The translations under genes were made by a program, and so were the position numbers. This document shows positions 29,050-39,258 of a stretch of DNA of 64,000 nucleotides, in pieces; the stretch's first letter is position 1, and each line of letters opens with the position of its first letter. Where the stretch lies: the NCBI GenBank assembly GCA_009377445.1, contig WHUA01000004.1:215630-279629 (forward strand), written 5' to 3'. The DNA is from Alphaproteobacteria bacterium (GTDB lineage: Bacteria; Pseudomonadota; Alphaproteobacteria; UBA8366). The notes under the pieces are model-generated. The model was not told the origin of the DNA. It did not search any database and saw only the letters and a program-made list of their open reading frames with translations.

Positions 29050-30063
29050 CTATTCGGCTGCCGCAGGGATGCGTTGCCGAACATGCGCGAGCGCATCCCG
29101 CAGGGTGGCCAATCCCGCGCCCGGGCGGTGGGCCTGCTCGCTGAGATGCCGGCGCCACGCGCGCGCGCCCGGCATGCCCTGAAACAGGCCGAGCATGTGC
29201 CGTGTCATGGCCGCGAGCGGCGTCCCTGCCGCCAGCTCCGCTTCCACATAGCCGGCCATCGCCTCCACCACCGCATGGCGGTCCGGCGCCGCCTCCCGCG
29301 CGCCGAAATAGCGCCGGTCGGCTTCGGCCAGCACATAGGGGGTCTGATAAGCTGCGCGCCCCAGCATCACGCCGTCTACATGCCCGAGATGCCGGTCAGC
29401 ATCCTCCAGGCTCGTCACGCCGCCGTTCAGCACGACGGTGAGATCCGGACGCTCTTCCTTCAGGCGATAGACGAGGTCGTGGCGCAGCGGCGGCACTTCC
29501 CGGTTCTCCTTAGGGCTGAGGCCGGTGAGCCAAGCCTTGCGGGCATGCACGATGAACCGGGTGCATCCGGCGGCCGCGACCGTTTCGACGAACGCCCGCA
29601 GCGCCGGCCATTCCTCCTGGTCGTCGATCCCGATCCGGGATTTGACCGTTACCGGAACGGACACCGCCCCGCGCATCGCCTCGACGCAGCGGGCGACGAG
29701 GGCGGGCTCGGCCATGAGGCAGGCGCCGAACCGGCCCGATTGCACCCGGTCGCTGGGACAGCCGACATTCAGGTTTATCTCGTCGAATCCCAGGGATTCC
29801 GCGATCCGCGCGCATTCGGCGAGCGCCAGCGGCTCCGCGCCGCCGAGCTGGATGGCGAGCGGATGCTCGTCCGGATGGTAGCGCAGAAGGCGATCGCGAT
29901 CGCCCCGCAGCACCGCCGCGGCCGTCACCATTTCGGTATAGAGCAAGCAGCCGCGGCTGATGCGCCTGAGGAAATAGCGGCAGTGGCGGTCGGTCCACTC
30001 CATCATGGGGGCGACCGACAGCGGCCCTGACAGGCGGTGCGTTTGTCCGGTTCCCTCGATCAT
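29050..30063 (-). CDS. dusA: tRNA-dihydrouridine(20/20a) synthase
   Basis: 337 aa. VAPMMEWTDRHCRYF, NLNVGCPS, TVKSRIG. Confidence 0.9.
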   Translation of the reverse strand: MIEGTGQTHRLSGPLSVAPMMEWTDRHCRYFLRRISRGCLLYTEMVTAAAVLRGDRDRLLRYHPDEHPLAIQLGGAEPLALAECARIAESLGFDEINLNVGCPSDRVQSGRFGACLMAEPALVARCVEAMRGAVSVPVTVKSRIGIDDQEEWPALRAFVETVAAAGCTRFIVHARKAWLTGLSPKENREVPPLRHDLVYRLKEERPDLTVVLNGGVTSLEDADRHLGHVDGVMLGRAAYQTPYVLAEADRRYFGAREAAPDRHAVVEAMAGYVEAELAAGTPLAAMTRHMLGLFQGMPGARAWRRHLSEQAHRPGAGLATLRDALAHVRQRIPAAAE

Positions 30064-30213
30064 CGCGCTTACTTAAGGCACGCCGACGGGCGCGCCAAGG
30101 GGTCGCATCCCCGGCCGGCGCCCGCAAACAGCGAAAATCACCTCCGCGAGCGCCTTCCTCAGGCACCTGCCGGTGATCCAGAACGCGTTGCTATTGCGGC
30201 GTTTACAGCGCCG

Positions 30214-30387
30214 TCAGCCGTTACGCCAAGCCCGGCTGGACTTGCACGGCTTGCAAATGCGGTCGCCTGCCCACTCGCTGGTAAATCGCGAGCTGCACAT
30301 CAGGCATTTGCGCTCCTTCGCCTCGTAGACCCTTCGGGGCTTCTTGTTGGCGCTGCTGTCTTCGATCTCTGCGTATACTTCACTCAT
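30214..30387 (-). CDS. small zinc-ribbon protein (57 aa), below the ORF-track size cutoff
   Basis: Own translation: MSEVYAEIEDSSANKKPRRVYEAKERKCLMCSSRFTSEWAGDRICKPCKSSRAWRNG*. Two CxxC pairs. Sits in an otherwise empty 450-bp gap between dusA and guaA. Confidence 0.5.
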   Translation of the reverse strand: MSEVYAEIEDSSANKKPRRVYEAKERKCLMCSSRFTSEWAGDRICKPCKSSRAWRNG

Positions 30388-30520
30388 AGGCCCTGGTTTT
30401 ACCTTGTGTTTTGGGCATTTCTAGGGCGCAGGCGGGGTAATCCCTGGGCGTGCCAATGACTTAACCCCAACTTGCACGATGCTCCGGAATAAATTCAAAC
30501 GCTCCCGGCGTCTCTTATCG

Positions 30521-32074
30521 TTATTCCCATTCGATCGTTCCGGGCGGTTTTGACGTCACATCATACGTGACCCGGTTGATCCCTGGTACCTCATTTATAA
30601 TCCTAGTCGCGGTCCGCGCCAAAAACTCATGACTGAACGGATACGACTCGGCCGTCATCCCATCGGTCGAAGTGACGGCGCGGAGCGCGCAGGCATAGTC
30701 GTAACTGCGCGAATCCCCCATGACTCCGACGGTTCTCACCGGAAGCAGGACGGCAAATGCTTGCCAAATCTCGCCGTACAACCCGGCACGGCGGATCTCC
30801 TGCAGGTAGATATGGTCCGCTTTGCGAAGAATTTCCAGCTTTTCCTGCGTTATCTCCTGGCCGGGAATGCGAATCGCCAGGCCCGGGCCCGGGAAGGGAT
30901 GCCGGCCGACCATCTCCTCGGGCAGGCCGAGCTCGCGCCCGAGCGCCCGCACCTCGTCCTTGAACAGCTCGCGCAGCGGCTCCACAAGCTTCATGTTCAT
31001 ACGCTCCGGCAGCCCGCCCACGTTGTGATGCGACTTGATCGTCACGCTCGGCCCGCCGTCGAAGGCGACGGACTCGATCACATCGGGGTAAAGCGTTCCC
31101 TGGGCAAGGAAATCCGCCCCGCCGAGCCGTGTCGCCTCTTCGTCGAAGACATCGATGAACAGCCCGCCGATGATCTTGCGCTTGCTTTCCGGATCGGTCT
31201 GGCCGGCGAGCTTCCGAAGGAAGAGTTCCGACGCGTCACGGTGGACCAGCGCGATGTTGAACCGCTCGCGGAACATCGTCACCACCTGCTCCGCTTCATT
31301 TTGCCGCATCAGGCCGTGGTCGACGAAGATGCAGGTGAGCTGGTCACCGACCGCCTCGTGTATCAGCACCGCGGCGACGGAGGAATCGACCCCGCCCGAC
31401 AAGCCGCAGACGACCCTGCCCTTCCCCACCTGGTCGCGGATGCGGGCGATTGCCTGGGCGCGGAACGCCGCCATCGTCCAATCGCCGCTGCATCCGGCGA
31501 CATGGCGCGTGAAATTCTGCAGCAGCCGCGCGCCTTCCGGCGTGTGCACCACCTCGGGATGGAACTGGACGCCGTAGTAGCGGCGCTTGTCGTCGGCGAT
31601 CGCGGCGAAGGGCGCGCCGACGCTGACGCCGACAGGCCGGAAGCCCGGAGGCAGGCTGGTTACCCGGTCGCCGTGGCTCATCCATACCTGCTGGCGCGTG
31701 CCGCGCGGCCAGATGCCTTCGAACAGGACGCAATCGTCGGTCACTTCGAGCTCGGCCCGGCCGAACTCCCGGTGGTCCGACCCTTCCACCGTCCCGCCGA
31801 GCTGGGCGCACATCGCCTGCTCGCCGTAGCAGATGCCGAAGACGGGGAGCCCGCTCTCATACACCGCGGCGGGAGGAAGCGGCGCGCCGGCCGCGGTCAC
31901 GCTGGCCGGGCCACCCGACAGGATGATCGCCTTTGGCGCGAACTTGCGGATCGACTCCGCATCCACGCGATTGAATGGATGAATCTCGCAGTAGACGCCG
32001 CTTTCGCGGACCCGCCGGGCGATGAGCTGCGTGACCTGGCTGCCGAAGTCGATGATGAGAAGACGGTCTGTCAT
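30521..32074 (-). CDS. guaA: GMP synthase (glutamine-hydrolysing)
   Basis: 517 aa. GATase domain (GICYGEQ), ATP-PPase [11 protein letters not shown]-terminal ...KPPGTIEWE. Confidence 0.95.
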   Translation of the reverse strand: MTDRLLIIDFGSQVTQLIARRVRESGVYCEIHPFNRVDAESIRKFAPKAIILSGGPASVTAAGAPLPPAAVYESGLPVFGICYGEQAMCAQLGGTVEGSDHREFGRAELEVTDDCVLFEGIWPRGTRQQVWMSHGDRVTSLPPGFRPVGVSVGAPFAAIADDKRRYYGVQFHPEVVHTPEGARLLQNFTRHVAGCSGDWTMAAFRAQAIARIRDQVGKGRVVCGLSGGVDSSVAAVLIHEAVGDQLTCIFVDHGLMRQNEAEQVVTMFRERFNIALVHRDASELFLRKLAGQTDPESKRKIIGGLFIDVFDEEATRLGGADFLAQGTLYPDVIESVAFDGGPSVTIKSHHNVGGLPERMNMKLVEPLRELFKDEVRALGRELGLPEEMVGRHPFPGPGLAIRIPGQEITQEKLEILRKADHIYLQEIRRAGLYGEIWQAFAVLLPVRTVGVMGDSRSYDYACALRAVTSTDGMTAESYPFSHEFLARTATRIINEVPGINRVTYDVTSKPPGTIEWE

Positions 32075-32117
32075 AACATCCGTGTCGCGCGGCTGGGGGC
32101 CGGATACATAGCCGGAT

Positions 32118-32639
32118 TCACCGGCGCGAACAAGGCACGGCCAGATCGTCCCATCCGTAGGCGGCTTCGGTCACGACCGTGCCCCACAGGCGCTCGTCCC
32201 GGTCGGCGACATGCCGGCCGCCCATCGCTTCGTAGAAGAAGCGCGACTGGTTCGCCTTCAAGACCCAGATCAGGGCGGACTTGTGCCCCGCCAGCTCGAG
32301 CTCTACGAACAGCGCGCGCAGAAGCCGCCGGCCGATGCCCTTGCCCTGGTAGCCGGGAGCGACGTAGAGCGTGTACACCTCGCCGTTATAGGGAAGCTGC
32401 CGCACGCGCGATGGGCCGCCACTGCCGAAGCCGATGACGCCGGCCTTGCTGTCTTCCGCGACGACGACGGACTCCCTGCGCTCGATCACCCGCACCCAGC
32501 GCCCGCCTTCGATCTCGGCGGACATGCGCAACAGCACCTTGTCCGGCAGCAGGCCGGCATAGGCGTCGCGCCACGTCTCCACCTGGATCCGTCCGATCGC
32601 TTTCGTGTCGCCGCGCTTGGCCGCCCTGATCCTGATCAC
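32118..32639 (-). CDS. GNAT family N-acetyltransferase
   Basis: C-terminal part of fused ORF 32118..34352(-). GTG start at 32639 preceded by tandem GGAGCGCAACGG x2. ...[19 protein letters not shown] acetyl-CoA motif. Confidence 0.8.
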   Translation of the reverse strand: MIRIRAAKRGDTKAIGRIQVETWRDAYAGLLPDKVLLRMSAEIEGGRWVRVIERRESVVVAEDSKAGVIGFGSGGPSRVRQLPYNGEVYTLYVAPGYQGKGIGRRLLRALFVELELAGHKSALIWVLKANQSRFFYEAMGGRHVADRDERLWGTVVTEAAYGWDDLAVPCSRR

Positions 32640-32761
32640 CCGTTGCGCTCCCCGTTGCGCTCCAAGGCACCAGCAGAGAAGCCATCGGTTCCGTGCCGGT
32701 GCAGGGCAAGCATAAGATAGTTGTGCGGGACGGGACAGCCATTGCCGGCCGTCCGCGGGGC

Positions 32762-34252
<1,491 letters not shown>

Positions 34253-34372
34253 TCATACACGACGCCCTCTCGCTGCCAAGCGCAATCCGCGGATGGCAGC
34301 CGCGCGTGCGATAACTGCAAATTACGCCGAAGGCTTTCCCGGTCAAGCCCACCGGGCGACCCAGCAGGCGGC

Positions 34373-35080
34373 CTAGGGGGGCGCGGCCCCGCGGAAGCCG
34401 GTGGCGACCAGGTACATTTCCCGAGAATCGGCCCGGCTTGCCATTGGCTTGGCGTGATGGACCTTGGCGAAGTCCCGTTTCAGCAGGTCGAGCATGTCGC
34501 GCTCGGCGCCGCCGGCCAGCACCTTGGCCGCGAATGCCCCGCCCGGCGCCAGCAGCAGCCGCGCCACGTCGTAAGCGGCCTCGACCAGCCCCATGACCCT
34601 GAGATGGTCGGTCCCGGCGTGTCCGGTCGCCGGGGATGCCATGTCGCTCATCACCAGATCGGCCTGGCCGCCGAGAGCCCCGGAAATCCGCTCGACGATG
34701 TCGGCATCGTAGATGTCGCCCGTGATGTGGACGGCGCCGGCAATGGCCTCGACTTCCTGAATATCGACCGCGACGACGGCGCCGCCCCGGCCGACCTTCG
34801 CCACCGCGACCTGGGTCCAGCCGCCGGGCGCCGCGCCCAGGTCGACGACCCGCGCGCCCCGCTTCAGCAGACGGTATTTCTCATCCAGCTCCGTCAGCTT
34901 GAAGGCGGCGCGGCTGCGGTAGCCCCGCTCCTGCGCCTCCGCTACATAGGGATCGTTGAGCTGGCGCTGCAGCCAGCGGGTCGAGGAGAGCTTCCGTCCA
35001 CGCGCGGTCTTGAGCCGGACGGCCTTGCGCCGCGCGCCGCCGGTTCCGCCGGCCCGCCCGCTACCCCGGGGCATCCGCAC
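34373..35080 (-). CDS. rlmE: 23S rRNA (uridine2552-2'-O)-methyltransferase
   Basis: 235 aa. WLQRQLNDPYV, RSRAAFKLTELDEKY, VVDLGAAPGGWTQV. Confidence 0.9.
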   Translation of the reverse strand: MRMPRGSGRAGGTGGARRKAVRLKTARGRKLSSTRWLQRQLNDPYVAEAQERGYRSRAAFKLTELDEKYRLLKRGARVVDLGAAPGGWTQVAVAKVGRGGAVVAVDIQEVEAIAGAVHITGDIYDADIVERISGALGGQADLVMSDMASPATGHAGTDHLRVMGLVEAAYDVARLLLAPGGAFAAKVLAGGAERDMLDLLKRDFAKVHHAKPMASRADSREMYLVATGFRGAAPP

Positions 35081-36113
35081 TCACCGGGGCGCAGTCGCCG
35101 CGCAACTGCATCAATTCGCAGAGGATGCCCTCGCGGATGCCACGGTCTGCGACCTTCAGGCGGCCAACCGGCCAGCGCTTGCAGATCGCTTCAAGCACGG
35201 CGCAGCCGCTGAGCACGAGATCGGCCCGTTCGGGGCCGATGCAGGGCTGCGCGGCGCGGCCGGCGCAGTCGAGGCCGCGCAGCCGCCGGCAGATGCGCTC
35301 GATCGAGTCGAAGGCGAGATAGGCGCCGTCGACCTGCGAGCGGTCGTAGCGCGGCAGTCCGAGGTTGAGTCCGCACAGCGTCGTCACGGTGCCCGAGGTG
35401 CCGAGCATCTGCACCGCGCCGCGCCTCACCGCCTCGGCGATCCCGTGCCGCGCGCAGAACGGCTGAAGATAGCCGTCGATTTCGGCAATCAGGCGGTCGT
35501 AGTCGGCGCAGCAGAGATAGCCGTCGCCATAGCGCTCGCTGAGATTCACGACGCCGAGGGGGATCGAGATCCAATCGAGGATTTCCGGATGGCCCTCCGC
35601 GAGACGGATCCACACGACTTCCGTGCTGCCGCCGCCGATGTCGAAGACCAGGCCGTGCTTCGGCTGCCGCTCGAGCAGCGGCAAGCAGCCTTGAAGAACC
35701 AGCCGCACCTCTTCGCCGCTGGTGATGGTTTCGATAACGAGGCCGGTTTCGGCCGCGACCCGCGCCATGAAATCGTCGCAGTTCGCCGCCTGCCGGCAGG
35801 CCTCCGTCGCGACGCTGCGCGCGGCTGCTACGGAACAGCGCTGGATCTTGCCGGCGCAGACGCGCAGCGCGTCGATCGTCCGCGTCATCGCCGCCGGCGA
35901 AAGGCGCCCGGCGCGGCCGAGCCCCTCGCCCAAGCGCACGATGCGCGAGAAGGCGTCGACGACGCGGAAGCCTCCCTCGTCGCAGGGGGTCGCAACCAGC
36001 AATCGGCAATTATTGGTGCCCAGATCGAGCGCGGCGTAGGCCGGCCCGGAATAATCAATAGGCCGCCGGTGCGACCCGTAGGGTCGCCTCCGCCCGTGCA
36101 AGCCGGTCGTCAT
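35061..36113 (-). CDS. Ppx/GppA family phosphatase
   Basis: ORF 35061..36530(-). Conserved region starts near MTTGLHG (ATG 36113). AALDLGTNNCRLLVA and VFDIGGGSTEVV ASKHA-fold motifs. Confidence 0.85.
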   Translation of the reverse strand: MTTGLHGRRRPYGSHRRPIDYSGPAYAALDLGTNNCRLLVATPCDEGGFRVVDAFSRIVRLGEGLGRAGRLSPAAMTRTIDALRVCAGKIQRCSVAAARSVATEACRQAANCDDFMARVAAETGLVIETITSGEEVRLVLQGCLPLLERQPKHGLVFDIGGGSTEVVWIRLAEGHPEILDWISIPLGVVNLSERYGDGYLCCADYDRLIAEIDGYLQPFCARHGIAEAVRRGAVQMLGTSGTVTTLCGLNLGLPRYDRSQVDGAYLAFDSIERICRRLRGLDCAGRAAQPCIGPERADLVLSGCAVLEAICKRWPVGRLKVADRGIREGILCELMQLRGDCAPVSADAPG

Positions 36114-36282
36114 GACCGCCGCCTCTCTTGTTTCATGCCGCAACATTCCAGACGACCCGGGCCGGTCTGATGCAGCCCTGAGTCGAATCCCGCATCCTAA
36201 CCGAATGCGGGAGAGCGTGAAAAGCCGCGCATTCGCATTTTTTCCGGCCGGGTGGGCCAGGCCTTCCGGGCCGGTCCCCGGC

Positions 36283-36690
36283 TCAACCGCCACCGGATAC
36301 GCCCTCGGCCTCGGCCCGCGACAGGAGCCCGTCGCCGTCGCGGTCGGCCTGACCGAAATCGACCGCGCGGGCCTCGGTGAACTCGGTAAGGCTGAGCGTG
36401 CCGTCGCGGTTGCGGTCCGCCCCGGCGAAGAGCTGCGCCGGCACGCCCGGCAGGTCGGCCGGAGCCAGCCGGCCGTCGCGGTTGCGGTCGGCAAAGAAGA
36501 AGACCTCGACCATGCGCTGGTGGAACTCACCGCGGTCGATGAAGCCGTCGCTGTTGCGGTCGGCGACCGCGAAGGGCTCGGCCGGATCTTGCGCCTGGGC
36601 CGGCGGAACGCCGGACGAGAGAAAGAGTGCCGGCGGAACGCCGGACAAGAGAAGGAGGGCCGCCGGCAGGGCTTTGAGGAGGATGCGCAT
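36283..36690 (-). CDS. secreted EF-hand calcium-binding protein (4 EF loops)
   Basis: Start MRILLKALPAALLLL (ATG 36690) in ORF 36283..36774(-). Loops DRNSDGFIDRGEF, DRNRDGRLAPADL, DRNRDGTLSLTEF, DRDGDGLLSRAEA. Confidence 0.8.
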   Translation of the reverse strand: MRILLKALPAALLLLSGVPPALFLSSGVPPAQAQDPAEPFAVADRNSDGFIDRGEFHQRMVEVFFFADRNRDGRLAPADLPGVPAQLFAGADRNRDGTLSLTEFTEARAVDFGQADRDGDGLLSRAEAEGVSGGG

Positions 36691-36799
36691 GGCGGCGTAT
36701 CCTAGGGGCTCGACCCCGCACCGTCCACCGCCCGTAAGGCATGCCATTCCGGCTACACAAGCCGGAGCGAGCATGTTAAAAGACCGCCCTTCCTCCCGC

Positions 36800-36873
36800 T
36801 GGGGGATAGTTTAACGGTAGAACCGCGGACTCTGACTCCGCTAGTCCTGGTTCGAATCCAGGTCCCCCAGCCA
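36800..36873 (+). tRNA. tRNA-Gln (anticodon CUG)
   Basis: TGGGGGA-TA-GTTTAACGGTAGAAC-C-GCGGA-CTCTGAC-TCCGC-TAGT-CCTGG-TTCGAAT-CCAGG-TCCCCCA-G-CCA folds as a cloverleaf. Closely parallels E. coli tRNA-Gln. CCA is encoded. Confidence 0.9.
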
Positions 36874-36899
36874 ATTGAAATCCCTAGACATTCTGCTTT

Positions 36900-37220
36900 C
36901 TAGTCTTCCATGCTGAGGGGTTTCGCCGCATTTTTCGCCGCATCCAGCGTCACGTCAGCAAAAGCGCACGCTCCGCCGCCGCAAGAGCCTCCGAAGTGTC
37001 GGTCTTCATCGAACGCATACCCGTCGATGCGGTAGCCCGCATTCCTGATCCGCCCCTCCTGATAGAGATCGAACGTGTTCTCAAGATGACCAGCATCTTC
37101 GAGGCGCTCAAGCAGGAATCGCGTAAACACCTCCTCAGTGAATGGTGCTTCGTCTGACAGACCCGCTTCGATTTCATGCACGATATTGGCGGCAAACTGG
37201 TGGAGGGAATCATCACTCAT
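36900..37220 (-). pseudogene. AIPR-family (abortive-infection) protein, N-terminal ~75 codons only
   Basis: MSDDSLHQFAANIVHEIEAGLSDEAPFTEEVFTRFLLERLEDAGHLEN..YQEGRIRNAGYRIDGYAFDEDR matches the N-terminal pattern I recall for AIPR proteins (normally >500 aa). The tail after DEDR is unrelated. Confidence 0.5.
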
Positions 37221-38197
37221 GCAGAGTCCTGCCTGCAGAAAAGATCGAGGATGTCGGCAGAATCAGCGGACAGGCCGGATATGGTGCGAAGGTCCAGAGC
37301 GTAGCTGGCATCCGTAACTGCCGGCGGGACTGCTGATCTCGTGAGCCGGGGAAACAGATCATCAATCGTGTAGCCTGAGATCTCCCTGAGCTGAAATAGG
37401 GGCTGAGAGCGGGACGCCATATCGTCCGGCATGAGACCTCGTCGAAGCAGCGCATTTTCGAAGGACCGCCGCGCCATTTCATCGGGAAGCAGCACGGCGA
37501 TATTCGCGATCAGGCCCTCCATCGACCTGCCGTCGGGCGCCTCTATCAGGCGAACGTGGAGCAGGTCAAGTCTTCTCAAGCCCGTGGTCTCAAGCTGGTC
37601 GAGCGAAGATATCCGGATCGCTGATGCTGGTCCGAGGCTGGCCTTGACCTCAACAGCGTGACCATTTTGGACGAAGTCATGGAGGCCGTCATCCGGGGCT
37701 TTCCAGCTGTTCTGCGCAGCAGGGTTGATGGATACCAGTCTTTCCAGGATGAGTAGCTCGCCAATGAGACCTATCGTCTCCTCGCGGGAAAGGCGGCTGC
37801 GGCGCTCGCGGAGGAACCGGCGCCAGGCATCGAGACGCGCGAGAAAGTACGCCAGCTCGTTGCCTAGCTCTGCGAAGGTGGAAGCCGAGATCGCATCGCC
37901 ACAGAGCGTGGTAAAGAGGTCGATACGGGTGCCATCTTCCAGCGACAGAACCATCATTGGCCCTTGCTCGTTGGCAGTAACGCCAAGGCGCATGCCGCCG
38001 ACCTCAAACAGGGAATCCGGTTGAGCCTCTGCATCTATGAGGAGGCAGGGTGCGTCATCAACGGACCGGAGCGCTGCATAGGCATCCAGGGCAAGTTCGT
38101 ATGACAGACGCCGTGTCCGGAACTGCCTCGCCTGAGGCGGATGTTGCCCAAGCTCGGTCCAGGCCTCCTGGAGGGTGTCGTGCCAGAGCGAGCTCAT
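37217..38197 (-). CDS. PD-(D/E)XK motif protein (DUF4420-like nuclease)
   Basis: 326 aa, apparently intact. ...WKAPDDGLHDFVQNGHAVEVKASLG gives the D...E-V-K nuclease motif. ATGA overlaps with both neighbours. Confidence 0.65.
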   Translation of the reverse strand: MSSLWHDTLQEAWTELGQHPPQARQFRTRRLSYELALDAYAALRSVDDAPCLLIDAEAQPDSLFEVGGMRLGVTANEQGPMMVLSLEDGTRIDLFTTLCGDAISASTFAELGNELAYFLARLDAWRRFLRERRSRLSREETIGLIGELLILERLVSINPAAQNSWKAPDDGLHDFVQNGHAVEVKASLGPASAIRISSLDQLETTGLRRLDLLHVRLIEAPDGRSMEGLIANIAVLLPDEMARRSFENALLRRGLMPDDMASRSQPLFQLREISGYTIDDLFPRLTRSAVPPAVTDASYALDLRTISGLSADSADILDLFCRQDSA

Positions 38198-38690
38198 ACC
38201 TGCTGCTCCCTCTGGCGTACAGGGTTTTCAAGATAGGAGCGTCGCCGTGCATTTTTGCTGTCGGGGAAGCTCACCACTACGCCGACGACGGGCCTGTCCG
38301 TATCGGCATTACCGACCTCAGGATCGAGAGGATAGATGATCAGCAGACCATTCTGGGGGCGTTCACCTCTGATTGTCCGGATATTGGGGCCAGATGGCCG
38401 ATCAATTGGGTCCTTGCCAACCAACTGCCTTTCCTGGTTTGTCTGCTTCAGTGCCCTCTCGTACTCCTCATCACTCAGATCGATAGCTTCATCAAGTGGG
38501 CTCAGTATCGATCTGATAATGTAGCGCTCAGCAACATCCCTGTCGGTGCGAGGCGAACGCCGGACACATCTGAACGTCCTGCCGCCAAGATTTGCCTCCA
38601 TGCCGTCAGCCGTCGGGAGAAAGACCGTCCAGGCCGTCAGCTCTTTTTCCCTGATCCGCTCGCCAATATACTGCGCCAGCTTCGGCCCCT
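38194..38690 (-). pseudogene. C-terminal fragment of the upstream operon partner (slot normally held by a Z1-domain protein)
   Basis: ORF 38194..38757(-) 'starts' at a TTG inside integrase-derived sequence. ...RYIIRSILSPLDEAIDLSDEEYERAL...NGLLIIYPLDPE. The Z1 identity is inferred from operon position only. Confidence 0.35.
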
Positions 38691-38695
38691 CGATC

Positions 38696-38902
38696 TCAAG
38701 GTTCTCCGGCGGGAATGAAAGATTCAGGAGAAACTCGACAATGTCCTGTCCAGGCAAACGTCATGATCTCCTTCACGTTGAACCCTTGCTCGATCCAGAG
38801 AGAAACCGCGAAATAACGAAGGTCGTGCCAGCGCAGCTCGACCCCGAGTTCGCGACATAATGGCTTGAACCGCCTTTTGAGGACGGTGGTGTGCGCCCTC
38901 AC
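38696..38902 (-). pseudogene. tyrosine recombinase/integrase, C-terminal fragment
   Basis: ...LGVELRWHDLRYFAVSLWIEQGFNVKEIMTFA.. is the box II region (HDLRH-like) of Tyr recombinases. No N-terminal or catalytic R-box part is present. Confidence 0.6.
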
Positions 38903-38924
38903 CCGTCCCCACTTGTTCGGGAAA

Positions 38925-39149
38925 CCGATCGTTACCGAGGCTGCTCATCCATTCGGCGTGACAGGCGACACGGGCGCGCCGGGCTTCCGTTCGCAGCATG
39001 TGGTGGAAAAGGATATTGTGCGTAAACACGATGACCTGCCGCCCCTTTGCCGCTTCTTCGGCTAGACGTTCGGCAACGGCCTGCATGCGCGTAGGCTGTC
39101 CGCTCCAATGGGTAGAGGTTGGGTGGGTGCTTATCCATGAACCGATCAA
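38925..39149 (-). pseudogene. AAA/ABC-type ATPase fragment (defence-associated type)
   Basis: ...AVAERLAEEAAKGRQVIVFTHNILFHHML... resembles the Walker-B-distal 'QVIVFTHD' region of RloA/PrrC-like ATPases. About 70 codons only. Confidence 0.4.
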
Positions 39150-39258
39150 ACCAGGTAGATTAACCCTTGATGGCCTCCTCGGCCCTATGTAGCAAACAAG
39201 CTCCTCTCATCCACTAGCGTCGCCATTGGGATTGGACAGATCTGAAAGGCAGTTACCG

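Noticed and set aside
28696-32437. 444-aa and 602-aa plus-strand ORFs (28696-30030 and 30629-32437) opposite dusA and guaA
   Set aside because: Same reasoning: antisense to strongly supported genes, with arginine/proline-rich nonsense-like sequences.
38194-38757. 187-aa ORF as an intact stand-alone gene
   Set aside because: Its 'start' is a TTG lying inside integrase-derived sequence with no SD. The first ~20 codons look like the out-of-frame end of the integrase fragment. I treat it as a 5'-truncated remnant.
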